Program-made: the position numbers and the translations under genes
The notes under the pieces: generated by a model
Database searches by the model: none
Told to the model about the DNA's origin: nothing
What the model saw: the letters and a program-made list of their open reading frames with translations, nothing else
Assembly: GCA_905178155.1 (NCBI GenBank)
Contig: CAJINV010000003.1
Coordinates: 1,122,204-1,186,203, forward strand
Direction of reading: 5' to 3'
Length of the DNA: 64,000 bases
Source: Amoebophrya sp. A120
Taxonomy: Eukaryota; Protista; Dinoflagellata
Shown: positions 23,201 through 35,471 of the stretch, piece by piece
Numbering within the stretch: the first letter of the stretch is position 1
How the letters are laid out: each line of letters starts with the position of its first letter

Positions 23201-25927
23201 TTACGAAAGTTCACTAAGTGCCTCTTGCCCTGCGAAAAACGTATGACACAAGCGTTCGAACTTTACCGCATCAAGATCTATGGAAGTAGGATCATTTTCA
23301 CGGCGAGGAGATCTAGCGTCAAGCAACCTTGCAGGCACGCCGACACCACTTCGCAACATCTCCTTTAGCTCTCGACCGAAATCCTTGCTCCAGCCCCAGT
23401 TCCCACGACGCATGGTGGACGAGGACGAGCTGCCTGTGTTTACAACCCCGTCTTGGCGGCCGGACTCCACTTCTCGGAAGCAGCGCGTGCGCTCTTGCAG
23501 CATGGCCCCCGCTTTCACGTAGTCGAGAAGAAATGGGAGTTCGCATTTTTGTTCCAACCAGAAACTGGCCAGGTCCGTTCGCGCCAGCGGAGAATATTCC
23601 GTCCGGTCGAATACCTGCGCCGAGGTCAGCGGCTTCGCAGCGAGGACGGCGTTACTACCAACTTTCGGCCGTAAGTACTGGTTCTTCACGCTGTCCGCGT
23701 TCAGCAGACTGGGCACCTCAAACGGGGAATGCTTTTTGCTCGATGCGGCCCGTTCGGTAATTGCTGCGGTCCGCCACTGGTCCCGCACGTACTGGTCGAA
23801 CGCAGGAAGGTCCGCCTCGAACCGTTCGATGTCGGAAAGGGTCAGCTTGTCGTACAAAGATAAATGGAAAGCGCAGCATTGCGCAAACTCGACGTAGTAA
23901 TACGGATCTCTTGCACTTGCCTTTAGCAGCTTTGGCGCAACGGGCAGCTGATCGACGACGTGAAGGAAGGACAAATCGCGAAAAAAGCCCGGAAGGGTAG
24001 CCACCATCTCGTTTACGAGAGCCGGAATCTCTTGCAGTTTCTGGTGTACTCTTCCTTGTGCAGCGGATGTGTTCTTTGTATGAGCGTTTTTATCTCCGCC
24101 GCTGGTGTCTGAGGCCGCAGAGTAGAGCTCGTGTTTCCTCAGTAGTAGCTCCAAGCAGTGTCCTAGCTCGTGAAACAACATTTGCACCTCGGCAGGCAGC
24201 AACAGCCTCTGTGACGCCCACCGTTTTCGAAACGGCAAAAATTCCGTATGTAGCACGACATGCCCGGGCGCCCACGACTCTATACGCGGTCTCCTTTGAA
24301 GATGTCGCGAATCAAGTGGCAACTCCGTTTTCATCTTCCTTTTCGACCCCCCTGTTCTTTCGCCAAAGCATTTTACGTAGATGAACCCTAGGCTACGCTC
24401 GCCCGTTTTGGGCGATGGCAGGCCGTACCACGCAGCTTCCCGGGAGTACAGAGTCTCGTTTTCCTCGTCCCCTGTGAGGTCGTTTTTCCGGTGCTCGAAC
24501 ACTTGGAAAACGTGGTAGTTGCGGTAGGTTTCCCAGCCGCTGTTCCACCACGACATCCAGCAGCCGAAAACGCGATGCCTGAGTCCCGGCGAGTCCACTT
24601 CCGCAATCCTCAAGTCATACATGCTCGCCAGGTTTTCCACCAGCCTGGGCAGCACGCTGCGAAACGGGAGGTGCTGCGCCAGCTTTTCTTCACTGGACAT
24701 GGACCGCATGTCGCTTTTGCGAGCGTCTTGCATCTTTTCACCATCGCTTCCTGCAGCGGTTGAGGTGACTACCGTGGTAGAAGACCCGGAACTACCTCCG
24801 CACTGCTGTCGTCGCAGCGCGCTGCGGTAGAAGCCGGCGTCGTACACATGAAGAGGATCTTTAAAGGACACTCCCTGCTCGCTCTCCCGCTGCAGCCGCT
24901 CCATATCTTGCACGAGAGGCCGAACGTACGGCGTGGCGACTTTGACCACGGTTTCTACCACGTTTTGCAACGTTGTGGTCGGAGACTTTGCGGAGCTTGA
25001 CGAGGACTCCAAAGCCGTTCTTGCTGTCGAAGACGAAAAACCAGACTCTTGCTTCGCGAGCTCAAACGCCACCCAGCTCGCATAGCCGTGTGCCTGGGCA
25101 AGCTCCGTTCTGGCGCGAATGAGTGCGAGCCAAGACGAGTACAAACGCGTTCTTGCAGTTTGGAAAAGAACCTTGTCGTGCCAGCACTTCTGGACTTTGA
25201 ACCGCGCGGCTGGATGGCTCAAGTACTCTTGGCAGAGGGAGAAATTCTCCTCGTCTAAGGGGAGCGCGTAAACCTGGGCCTTGCGGTCCCACTTCCAACT
25301 TTTCGGCAGCGAGCTCACCTCCCCGCTCGCGACGATGCCCCGCGCCTCCTCGGGAGTGAGCTCCACAGTGGCGGAGGAGGTACTTGTAGTAGTGGTTTGG
25401 CGGGGATTGGCAGTGCTTCCGTAGAGAGCCTGTAGTTCATGCTGCCATTCCCGGAAGGCGATCCTTTCTTTTTCTGTGTGCGCGTCGAGCTCAGGAATAG
25501 AAGCGGACAACCCTTCAGCCACTTGTGTTACAGTCGGGGTAGACGAGGCAGAACAACCCACTCCTGCTTCAGGCGGTTCATCAGCGTCCTGCTGATGCTT
25601 CGAAGACACCGTGTGAGTAGACTCCTGTACTCTGGCTTCGCACTGCGCAAGAACCCTTTGCACGACCCAATTCTGCCAGCGCCGCCGCAGGTAGGCCGTC
25701 TGGTCAAACAACGTGCGTAGGTGGGAGACTTGCTCCGCCGTCTGATTCTGTGGGCTTCGCAGAATCGGTATCCACGTGCGAATACGTCGCAGTTTCCACA
25801 AATCCAACAGTTGCCATCTGGACGACGAGGCAGGTGAGAAGACCAAAGACGCTACCATTTTTGGAAAAAGTAGTAGTAGTTCTAATCGATATGTAGCTTC
25901 CCCGCAGCCGCAGCAGTTACTCTGCAT
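23201..25927 (-). CDS. Peptidase M3 family (thimet/mitochondrial intermediate peptidase-like) metallopeptidase, divergent
   Basis: Single 908-aa ORF (start may be the Met at 25858). 'EVQMLFHELGHCL' HExxH motif, downstream 'QEIPALVNEM' third ligand region, 'RTELAQAHGYASWVAFEL' and 'LGFIYVKCFGER' typical of M3. Confidence 0.8.
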   Translation of the reverse strand: MQSNCCGCGEATYRLELLLLFPKMVASLVFSPASSSRWQLLDLWKLRRIRTWIPILRSPQNQTAEQVSHLRTLFDQTAYLRRRWQNWVVQRVLAQCEARVQESTHTVSSKHQQDADEPPEAGVGCSASSTPTVTQVAEGLSASIPELDAHTEKERIAFREWQHELQALYGSTANPRQTTTTSTSSATVELTPEEARGIVASGEVSSLPKSWKWDRKAQVYALPLDEENFSLCQEYLSHPAARFKVQKCWHDKVLFQTARTRLYSSWLALIRARTELAQAHGYASWVAFELAKQESGFSSSTARTALESSSSSAKSPTTTLQNVVETVVKVATPYVRPLVQDMERLQRESEQGVSFKDPLHVYDAGFYRSALRRQQCGGSSGSSTTVVTSTAAGSDGEKMQDARKSDMRSMSSEEKLAQHLPFRSVLPRLVENLASMYDLRIAEVDSPGLRHRVFGCWMSWWNSGWETYRNYHVFQVFEHRKNDLTGDEENETLYSREAAWYGLPSPKTGERSLGFIYVKCFGERTGGSKRKMKTELPLDSRHLQRRPRIESWAPGHVVLHTEFLPFRKRWASQRLLLPAEVQMLFHELGHCLELLLRKHELYSAASDTSGGDKNAHTKNTSAAQGRVHQKLQEIPALVNEMVATLPGFFRDLSFLHVVDQLPVAPKLLKASARDPYYYVEFAQCCAFHLSLYDKLTLSDIERFEADLPAFDQYVRDQWRTAAITERAASSKKHSPFEVPSLLNADSVKNQYLRPKVGSNAVLAAKPLTSAQVFDRTEYSPLARTDLASFWLEQKCELPFLLDYVKAGAMLQERTRCFREVESGRQDGVVNTGSSSSSTMRRGNWGWSKDFGRELKEMLRSGVGVPARLLDARSPRRENDPTSIDLDAVKFERLCHTFFAGQEALSELS

Positions 25928-26334
25928 GTCATGGGCTCATCCAGAGGTAGGAGACAACACGTGCACTGCTGAAGGAACCCAAGAAAAACGTGCGTGCGTG
26001 CCTGAAGAACACAAAAGAAAGTACTTACTCAACCTTTATACGTCACTGAGGCGAAAGGCGAAAGTACTTGACACGCAAACTTCGCCGCGAAAATTGTAGA
26101 GAAAACGAAAATTTGCACGAATTCCTAATGTTTCAGAAGACTGGATATGATGATGTGAATGGCTGGAAACCAAAATCTTTTTGTTGCTGATCATACAAAA
26201 AAACGCGAACGTCATACAACTTACTGTCATATATGCACATGCAAAACTCAAGAAACCGGAAACAGACGTTTGTGTCTTTCAAAATCCATGGTGGTGCTTC
26301 GCTTTCTTTTGAAACACTGTCATCATACGCTAGA

Positions 26335-29300
26335 TCACGCATGCTTATCTGGCGTGCGGGTTTCTGATTCCGCTCGAGTCGTCGCCGCTTTTGCGTCAAC
26401 CCGCTTCTTGGAATTCGTTCGGGAAAGCTCCTTCGACTTGTCCTGTCGCTTTGCAACAACTTGAGCACCCGCTGTCGGCGCAACCTTCTTCTTCTTAATG
26501 GCAGGATCTGGTGATATTTCCTTGTGCGTCGGGCTATTGCCTCCCACAGACGGATTGTCTGTAGTCGTCGGTCGTGCACGGGCTGTCGCCGCTTGTCGTG
26601 CACGATTAAGTGGCGCGGTACTGTGTGGACCTTCTTTCTTGCCTGCCTGGCTCCTTGGCTTAACCTTGACCTTCGCCTCTGGAACGAGAACCTCTACCTC
26701 AGGTTCATCTTTTTCCTGGCGGAACGACGGTGCAGATGAAAGTGCTTCCTTCGTTGATCGCAAAGCCGCATGTCCGTCTCCTGCATCGCCGGTTTTTGCT
26801 CGTCCTTTCTGAAGTGTCACAGGTGCTGGAGCCTCTTTTCTCGTAAAAGACCTTGCTGCCGTTACCGCCCCTGCCGGTGCAACATTCGCAGGCGGTCTTG
26901 TGTGCTCAGGCCCAGAAACTGGTTTTTTCGTGATTTGCTCCGCTCGCCGGATCTTCTTCCTCTCCGGGACCGCACTGCGAACAGAAGTATCCCCACGAGC
27001 AGATCGCTCTACTGGATCAGATCCTGTACTGTGGTTCTGCTTCCTCGTCGGCTGGCTCGGAGCGTGGGAGCGAGCAGGAGTAAAATGATCACCGACTTCC
27101 ACCAGCGTGGCATCATCGCGACTGCACGTCACAGAAACATCCTCTCCGACACTGTCTGCACGACGCGGAGCAGCCTTGGTCCTGCTTGACTTCTGCCAAG
27201 AAATCGGTGTTTTTTGTTGCACTGCGTTCTCGCTAAAACTGGATTCCGCCGATGCTGATTGCGTCTCTTCCTGCTGCTGCTGCTGCTGCTGTATGTCGTC
27301 GGAGCAGGCTGTAGCTGGTACTACTGCTTGTTTGTGATGACACACGGGCACTGGATGGTGATTGCCTTCCCGCGTAATCTTCTCTGGCCTCCGGTTCTCA
27401 CCTGCATGTGAATGACGATGTTGTATCCCTGGTTCTACACTAGCACTGCCGAAACCGTCGTCTGCGTCGCTAAATCCGTTGGTCATGACATCATCATCAA
27501 CGTCACCCCGTGCGGCCCGACGATGTTTCGTCTCTCCACCAGGACGCAGTCTTCTTCCTCGGCTGTCTTCCTGTGACGTTTTCATTCGACGGCTTTCGTA
27601 CTTCTCAATGGACGACTCGGAACTAGATGAAAAGTTGGTGAAACTCCGACTTCTTCGGTTTCTTTTGCGCTGCTTCCGATTCCGCGTTCTTTCGCGGTCA
27701 GAACGTGCCGTTTTTTCTTCACCGCTTCTGTTTCTGTCCCAGGAGCCATGCCTGCTTTTGCTTCGAAATAACCGGCGATCTCGACGACGATCAACCATCT
27801 GTCTCCTCGACTCCAAGCTGCTTAAGCTGCAACCCGACTCTTCATCGCGCCGGCGGTGCACCGGCTCTCTGCGCTTTTTATGAGCTGCGGAGCGACTTCG
27901 GCTGCCCTTCTCCTTGGATCCTTTCCTTGTTCGCCGTTTCTGTTCCTGCTGGCTTCCGCAGGAGCTCGTTCTTGAATGTGAGCCACGACTTGATGGAGTA
28001 TCGTCTCTGGGCCCTGACGTATCGCTTCTATCGTCATCGTTGCTTTTCGTCCGAGCTTGTTCTCTTTTCTTCCCGCCCTTGGAGTGCCGACTTCTGCGCT
28101 TTTTCGTTTTGTCTTGCGACCGTATCTTCGTTCCCGGACGATGATCGGAGGAGCTGTCACTATCGACCTCTTTCTTCTGCTTTTTTTGTCGCTTCTTCCC
28201 CACGTCTGCTGGCTGTTCCTGTGGAGGAGATTTTCGCTTGGAACTGAAACACTCGCTGCCCTCCGACGACTCGTGCCGGTGTTTTTTCGCTCCATTCTTG
28301 TTTCCGCCTTTCTTCGGAAGTGGGGGCGATCTCTTCTTCCCTCCGCTGCTGCTTCCCCCACTGCTGTGCCTGCTTTCCACGTCCTTCTCCTTCTTCTTGG
28401 GAGTGTCAATGTCAACGCGGACTTCAGAAATCTTAGCTTCCAAGTTTTTATCCTTCTCCTTCTTGTCACGACTTTTGTTCTCGTCCCCGCCGGTCCGTCC
28501 GATCCAGGCCTTCCGTGCCTTGACCCAGGCCCACCAGCCGTTTTTGCTCCGTCGAGGACTGCCACTGCCGTTGGAACGCTGGTCCTGGTCATCTTCCAGC
28601 AGGGTTTTGCCGCTACTCGGCACTTGTTTGGGCTTCTCGACCTCCTTCCGCTTCTTGACTTCCTGTAGTGACGTCGAACACGAAATAAACAAAACCGATA
28701 GATACGAAAAAACACGAGAAAGTCTTAGTCTAATCACACCACATGCCTGAGGTTGAGGAACAAGCAATGTGATCATCCGCAAAAAACCTGTACTTTTTCT
28801 CCCGCGTCACTGGAGTCCTCCTCAACACTCTTGCTTTTCCCCTTTTCCTCCAGAACACCAGCCTCCTTCTTTTTTCGCTTCGCCTTTTCCTGTGCTTTGG
28901 CCCTGCGCTTCGCCCGGTTTTTCGCGTAGTCCTTGCACCAGCGGACGCAGCAACAGGGACACCCGTACTTCCTCACGTAGCAAAAAAAACACACGCTGAC
29001 CAGGAACAGAATGATGTAGCTCAAGTAGGAGAACCCCCAGCTGAACTCCTCGGGATCCGGGTTGGCCTGGGACGCCACGATCGGCTGCCGCTTGCAGCGA
29101 ACCTCTCCCGGCCGCAGCGGCACGTCGGGCTCGTCACAGTCCGGCGCTGCGGTCTCGGCCGGCCGCATCTGCGGCTCCGAACTAAGTTGGGACGCACCTG
29201 GTGTTCCGGCAGAAGCAGTGGTTTGGCCGGCCGCATTGGAGGCACCGTCCGAAGTAGATCCGTCGTCAGAGGTCCCAGAAGCGGCGGAAGCCGCAGTTCC

Positions 29301-29456
29301 AACTGGGTTTGTATCGCTAACCCCAGCGCGCTGTTGCAGATTGCGATGCTTAAAAAGCCGAAGTCGTCCTCCATCGCCGGAAGTGCGAGCCCACGCTCGC
29401 AGATGTTGCGCAGCGGAGAGACACAGAAAAAGTTTTAAAAAGCCGGTTGACAGCAT
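26335..29456 (-). CDS. Hypothetical single-pass membrane protein with long K/R/S-rich cytosolic tail
   Basis: Two ORFs joined by a GT-AG intron near 28663-28793. Signal-like 'MLSTGFLKLFLCLSAA', TM 'WGFSYLSYIILFLVSVCFFCYV' followed by Cys cluster 'GCPCCCVRWC'. Start codon uncertain. Confidence 0.6.
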
Positions 29457-29743
29457 CGGCAGCTGAAAGAACGCTCGACGTTGATCCTTCATTGCTGCGC
29501 CTTGAACAACCTTGCTTCGCGCCACCATCCTCTGTCTTGCTACGAGCGGTCGTGTATCTTGTCGTTGACAAAGGACACTTACCACTTCATCTTCATTGTA
29601 CTGATAGAGGTAGTGATAAGTGCTTCGACATTGCTGCGTTACAACTTCCGTGTCAGATTTGCAAACACGGCCCGATCTCTCCCCCTTGGCCTCGCAGAAG
29701 ACGCCGCTTGCTTTTGGAGGCGCTACGCTGTCACGCGTTTTTC

Positions 29744-31818
29744 ACTTTTGTGCTCGTATTCTCTCGACTAACATAATTAAACATGAACACCGATGAACGA
29801 CGTCGCAGCGCGACTCTTTCTTTCGAAACAATCAATCTCGGGCAAAGACCTGCGCCGGCAGGGCTTCAACAGGGCAGGCCAGCCATGAAAGTGCAATCCC
29901 GCCCGGCCGGCGCCTCCAACTACAACACGTCGCAGGGTCTACTAGTGGCTCTGCGGCAACACTACAATCATCAGGAGCGCCGCGCTGGGGCCGCAACGTG
30001 CAACGCAGTCTGCCAGCCCCTGCGGGAGGCGCGGCGCACCACGGGAGTGCCAGGGGGGCCACGCCTTGGCCCCTCGGGAAAAGGGCGCACCCACGCAATG
30101 TCTGCGCGCCCGGACAGATTACTTACGCAAAAGCAGGCAATGGCTAAACCACCACCAAGCAACACCGCGTCGGCGCGCACAAAACGCCGCCGCGCGCGCC
30201 TTCTTCTTGGCTCCTGGCATCGGTTTCCAGGGCGCCGTCGCCCGGTCGCCAGCCCACTGATTCCCACATACATTTTTGCATTTCATCGCATATGTTATGC
30301 ACCGCGCGCGCCGGGCCGCGTTTGTCCTTGCTGCCCACCAGGACCTTGTTTTTGCGGGCGGGCAGCCGCCCTCACCTGCGGCCCCCGCTATAGGACTGCA
30401 GCACAGGCGCGGAGCGTCGAGGCCTTTCGTAGGCCGTGGGACTGTCGGTGGCGATTCGTTTCCGGGCCCACCGGGCTAAAATTCCAGCAGATGATCGCCA
30501 GTGTCTGCCAGCCCAAGCCAAAAGATGGCCGCCGGCCCGATCGCAACACACCGCCGACAAGCCAACGCAATGCTCTAGGGCGCCATCTTGGCCTTGGGGC
30601 AGGGCTAAGTAATCGCGCGCAGCCCGTGCACTAAAGATTGGAATTGCAGGGGTTATTTATATTTTCTGGCCGGAACAATAACAAGCGTCAGAATCTGCTG
30701 TCGTGCTTACTCGTCGCTCTTCAGATATGCGTGCCACTGTTTCGCTCGCGGGGGGCCTCGTACTCAGACCCTCGGTGTCGGTAGACCTCTTTAGCTTTAC
30801 GCAAACCCTCGGTAGGCCTCTTACGCAAAGCTCTTACGCAAATCCTCGGCTTTCACTTTGGTTTGCGCATTCGATAGACTAACATGAACATAACCGATTT
30901 CGCAGTGCCAGTGCGTCTCATTCTTTCATAAGAAATCAATCTCAGGCCAAAACCTGCACCGCCAGTGACTGCCTCAACGAACAGGGTGTGGCATTCTTGA
31001 TGACATTCATATTGCAACGCAAAATCAAAGTTGCAGTTTAACAAGTAGGTCACTCTAGCCGGAGCGAACTGCGACCTTCATATATTACAATCCCGCCAAG
31101 CCGGCGTCTCCAACGCGTTGCTGAGCTGGTGCTATTCATAGCTAGGCGGCAACACTGCAGTCGAGCGCGGCGCCGGGGCTGCAGCGAACAATGCAGTACG
31201 CACATGCGAGGCCGAGGCGCTGCGCCCCCCGGCCTGCCACGGGAGCGCCACGTCTTGGACCCTCCAAGGCAGCGCGCTCGTGCCCAATGTCTGCGGCTGC
31301 CCATAGGATTACGAACCAGCAGGCAGGGAAAAGGCCACCATCGAAACCACGCAGGCGCACGCCAAGCGCGCGCCACGCGCAAAGCGGCGCCATGTTATCC
31401 ATCGCCGCCGAACGATGGAGCAACGCCGCCCGCAGCGGCCCCCACTAAGACACTCACAGTAGAAAAGGCGCGGCGCGTCGGCATCCATTTCCGCGACGGT
31501 CGGCCCGGTGCTCGTTTTCGGGCGCGCCTTTGTCCACCAGCGCCACAGAAATGACATGCTCGCCCGACGTCGGGTACGTAACGAGCGCCACACAGTGCCC
31601 GGACACCAGTGCGAGGCGTTGGGGCAACATCTTGACCCTGGAGAATTGGCGCGATGTGAACCACTCGCAACCTTCGCGCTAAACTTGATTGTAGCGGTTT
31701 CTAGCTAGAACAACTCTCCGAACGTACTTATACTCTTAAACCGTGCTTGCTCTCGTCGTTCAGGTATGTGCGCCACGACTGTTTCGCTCGCGGTGAGTGT
31801 CTCTCTGACTAGACCCTC
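29744..31818. repeat. Two diverged tandem copies of an ~1.1-kb non-coding unit
   Basis: Collinear shared blocks: GACTAACAT (~29766, ~30877), ATCAATCTC.GG..AAA.ACCTGC (~29831, ~30935), CAATGTCTGCG (~30096, ~31285), ACTGTTTCGCTCGCGG (~30736, ~31778). Confidence 0.7.
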
Positions 31819-32342
31819 TCAGCATCATTTTGAAATTTGGAATTAGGTAGCACATCATCGTCTGCGACGTACCGACACAGACCTGCAACGCGACAAAGCA
31901 CAAGGATGACCATGGTGAGCATCACCTCCCAACAAGGATGCGGTCCAAATCCATCGAACCACGCGATTCTTTTTCGTCGTTTACCACAAACACCGCATCT
32001 CAAACCTGGGGGGTTTTTCTATTCAATTTTTTTCGGCGTTCTAAAACTAAAAATGAATCTGTACACGATGCATTCATAACTCATCCATTTTTGCGTTTGC
32101 GGTGAATAAGGTACTTAAACTTATTGCCCTAGAGTTTCTCTTTCTCGAAAGACCAAACAGGTCAAGACTTCAGTAACGGTTTGCGTTTGCCAGCCCCAGC
32201 CATAGGAAATCATATACACTCACATTCTTGACTGGTTCACTGCTATTTGTATTGCAAGCGCTTCACATACAGTTTCAATCACACTTTGGCGCTGCAATCT
32301 ACATTGATTTTCATTTGCTGCAGGACGTTCAATAAACACCAT

Positions 32343-35090
32343 CTACGTTTTGGACTTAGCCGTGAGCAGCATCCCCCGCACGATGTTCTGGTTCCAAACT
32401 CGAGCAGACGGCGAGAGCGGCATCTGTTGCTGTGCCCCCGACCTGCCACTCTGCGATCCTTCGGACGAAAACGCACCAGTGCTTTGCCCGCCCTCCCCGG
32501 TACTAGACTGGAGAAAACTACTTCCCGAGCCATTCTCCAACGGCGCGAGTGAAAGTCCCGCCCGCTGCGCCAGGAAGTCAAGGTCCAGGTCACTGTCGGG
32601 GTGCGCCGTGCGGTATTGCTCGAGCAGCCCGGCGCCCCCATCGCGCTCGATGTGCTCCATTAGCGCTTGCATTTTCCGCACCCGCACGACACAATGCGTG
32701 AACCTGCCTCGGCAGCGGCTTTCCTCGCTCGCGGGCTCCTCCGCCGCCACGGACCCTCCGTGGGCCGCGCGGAACGTGTCCAGTGCGGAGGACTCGATGG
32801 CCAGCGAGGACGCCAACAGGCTGGATCCACCCATGGCCGACTCGTCGAACAGGGTTGTTCTCTTTGACTTGCGCAACTTTTGCCGCGTGGGTGTGCGGCA
32901 GCTGGCGCGGAGCGACGCCCACAGCTCCTCCGAGTCCTGCGGTTCCCGCGCGGCCTCGGCTCTTTGCTTCTCCACCTTCTCGTCCAGCCACTGCAGCAGC
33001 TCCCACCCGTCGGGAAAGTTGTCATGGAAAAACTCGTCCACCTCCTCTTTGCTCGGGGAGTCCACCTCGCCCTCGCCGAGCAGCGCGGCGTACAGCCGCG
33101 CGACGTCCCGTGTTCGCTTCTCCTCCTCCACCGAGTCCTCGGAAGCAGCAGCTGGAACTACCCCGGTAGTACCACTACACGAGGAGGCCTTTGGCTTCGT
33201 TTGCGACGTCAACCGCTTCAAATTCAACGACGACCACAGGTTCTTCTGCCTGGCTCGGTCCTCCGCAGACTTCTCTTTCGCGAGCGCAGCGGCTGCGCGT
33301 TCTGCCTCCAATTTGGCCTTCTTCGACCGCTCGTTGGCGAGTCGGCACTTCTCCTTGTCTTGCTCCAGCACATCCAAAATTGCCGCCAGTTCCTGCAACT
33401 CACGCGCGTTGTTGTTTCCGCCCCCCGGAGACGCCGTGCTACCAGTAAGGAGTGCCCCGTTCGCCTCTGCCACGGGGTTGTCGCTGGTACCAAAGGCGCC
33501 GCCCGCTTTCCCCAGAAGCCGGTCAAGACAGGAGCGCAGCTTGGTTTCTGTTGCTGCTTGGGCTTCGGCCTCCGGCGGTCCAGCGGGCGGAGCATCGACT
33601 TGAATCGGCGCCAACTTCCGTGAGCGCAGGGAACGGCTCGTCGTTGGTTGAGCCGGCTCTGCGACTGGAGAGGACGTGACAGGCTCTCTCGGTGGCTGAG
33701 CTGGTTGTGAGGGCTGCGAAATAACCCTCACCTGATCGCTCGGGATAACGATCGCAACATCGCGTTTTGGCACCGGTATCAGTGGTGTCGCTCTAGTACT
33801 CGAGGCCGGTGCCGGCGGCTCCGGTGCGGTTGCCGGTTGTGGATCGTACACTTGTGGCAGATTTTCTGCGCATCGCCCCAAGTGGCCACCGGGAAGCACA
33901 ACCGACTCGTTTGCAAACGGGTCAGCCTGGCGCTGCGACCGCGACGCAGATGCGGGCCGCGCCAAGTCCATTGCAGGTGAGGGCATCCGAGTGGGCTGCG
34001 CGATCGGGGGCGGTCGGTGGGCCTTTTCCAGGCGGGGCAAGGGCGGCCGAGACGGCACCGGAGAGGAGATTGGGGTACTACTTTCGTCCCCCCGTGAGCC
34101 GCCCTCCGGGCTGGGCACCGGCGTATGCTGAACGCGTCGACGCGGCGTGGCGTTATTTGACGTGGACGGCCGACTTGTCATCGGGCTGCGCGTGACGGGT
34201 TGCATGGGGACGGTAGCGGTCACTGGGCGCAGCGCCATGGGCGCCATACTGACAAAATTTACGCACTCGCGCTGCGGCGTAGGAGCCGGTTTTTGGTCGA
34301 TGAAAGAATTCCGGCTGCTGGTGAAGGAGTTTCGGCTGGCACCGCTACTAAAGGAAGACCGGCCCGACCCGTGCGAGAGACGTTCATCATCCCAGTCACC
34401 CCGAGTGTCTTCGTCCGCGGGGTAGTACCCGGGTGTACTAGAAGTAGCCCCACCAGCTGGGAGATGTTGGTGCACACCGCCACCTTCTAAACGGTTTAGT
34501 TGCTGCATTCTTCTGCTCCCGTGGCGCTGCCAAAGACGGCCGGCTGCCGCTTGGGCGGCGAAATAGGTACTGGGGCCTCCTGGAGCTGGAGGTGCACCAG
34601 ACCCGCCAGCCGCGCTGGAACCGAAACTGTTGCGCGGTGAACAAGATTCGTCCGAGAATACGTCCTCGATTGTGCTTCTATTGCTTTTGCGCTTCGCGCG
34701 GCTGTGCCGGTGGTGCTCCCCGCCATGCGTCGCCGGACGATCGGGAGCGCGAACAGGAGGGCAAGGTGGCCAGTTGTCTTCGCGCTCTCCACCGGGCTCC
34801 CGCGGCTCGCCCGGCAACGACGCGGTGCCCACCATGCTGCGATCATCGGGCCCACCCTCGCTGACAAAGGTCTTCCGGCTCTGGCGCGACGATGGGCGCG
34901 AAGAACCGTTGAAGGTATGTCGAGCCGGCTCCTCAACCCCATCATCTTCCGCAGCATTTCGACCGGAAAAGGTGCGACGCGTGGGAACCCCGGGTACTTG
35001 CCACGTCGAGGCGTCGCGGCAATTCGCACAAGCTGCACCGGATATTAAGGACGCTCCGAGGACAACGTACGCAAGTGCGGCCTGGCTCAT
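32343..35090 (-). CDS. Hypothetical secreted low-complexity protein
   Basis: Uninterrupted ~915-aa ORF with signal-peptide-like 'MSQAALAYVVLGASLISGAACA', P/S/R-rich N-half and helical acidic C-half; no recognisable domain. Confidence 0.65.
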   Translation of the reverse strand: MSQAALAYVVLGASLISGAACANCRDASTWQVPGVPTRRTFSGRNAAEDDGVEEPARHTFNGSSRPSSRQSRKTFVSEGGPDDRSMVGTASLPGEPREPGGEREDNWPPCPPVRAPDRPATHGGEHHRHSRAKRKSNRSTIEDVFSDESCSPRNSFGSSAAGGSGAPPAPGGPSTYFAAQAAAGRLWQRHGSRRMQQLNRLEGGGVHQHLPAGGATSSTPGYYPADEDTRGDWDDERLSHGSGRSSFSSGASRNSFTSSRNSFIDQKPAPTPQRECVNFVSMAPMALRPVTATVPMQPVTRSPMTSRPSTSNNATPRRRVQHTPVPSPEGGSRGDESSTPISSPVPSRPPLPRLEKAHRPPPIAQPTRMPSPAMDLARPASASRSQRQADPFANESVVLPGGHLGRCAENLPQVYDPQPATAPEPPAPASSTRATPLIPVPKRDVAIVIPSDQVRVISQPSQPAQPPREPVTSSPVAEPAQPTTSRSLRSRKLAPIQVDAPPAGPPEAEAQAATETKLRSCLDRLLGKAGGAFGTSDNPVAEANGALLTGSTASPGGGNNNARELQELAAILDVLEQDKEKCRLANERSKKAKLEAERAAAALAKEKSAEDRARQKNLWSSLNLKRLTSQTKPKASSCSGTTGVVPAAASEDSVEEEKRTRDVARLYAALLGEGEVDSPSKEEVDEFFHDNFPDGWELLQWLDEKVEKQRAEAAREPQDSEELWASLRASCRTPTRQKLRKSKRTTLFDESAMGGSSLLASSLAIESSALDTFRAAHGGSVAAEEPASEESRCRGRFTHCVVRVRKMQALMEHIERDGGAGLLEQYRTAHPDSDLDLDFLAQRAGLSLAPLENGSGSSFLQSSTGEGGQSTGAFSSEGSQSGRSGAQQQMPLSPSARVWNQNIVRGMLLTAKSKT

Positions 35091-35471
35091 ACTTTGCGTA
35101 GATTTCTTCAATTAGTCACTTTAAGCAAACGACAACGGCGTACAATTATCAGGTTCAAAGAGGATCAACTCCCGCAAGAATTTGAATTTTGCGGAGGATC
35201 TTCTTTCCTTACACTTTTTCTTCTGCCAAAACTGAGACTGGAACATGTAATTGTATTGCAATCGATGCAGCGTCAATGATGGAGAAAAGAAAATTGAAAA
35301 TGCGCCAGCCCGCTGGTATGCCCAATTGGACCTTCGAAAGAACACCAAATCGCGACTCCAGGAACACTTCCCTTGAACCCTTACGCTTTCTTACGCTGCT
35401 CTATGAGTACTAGATCTCCACAGACAAAAGCGATGCCTGCTAGTGCTTCGAACCCGTGCTGCTCTCGCAGC

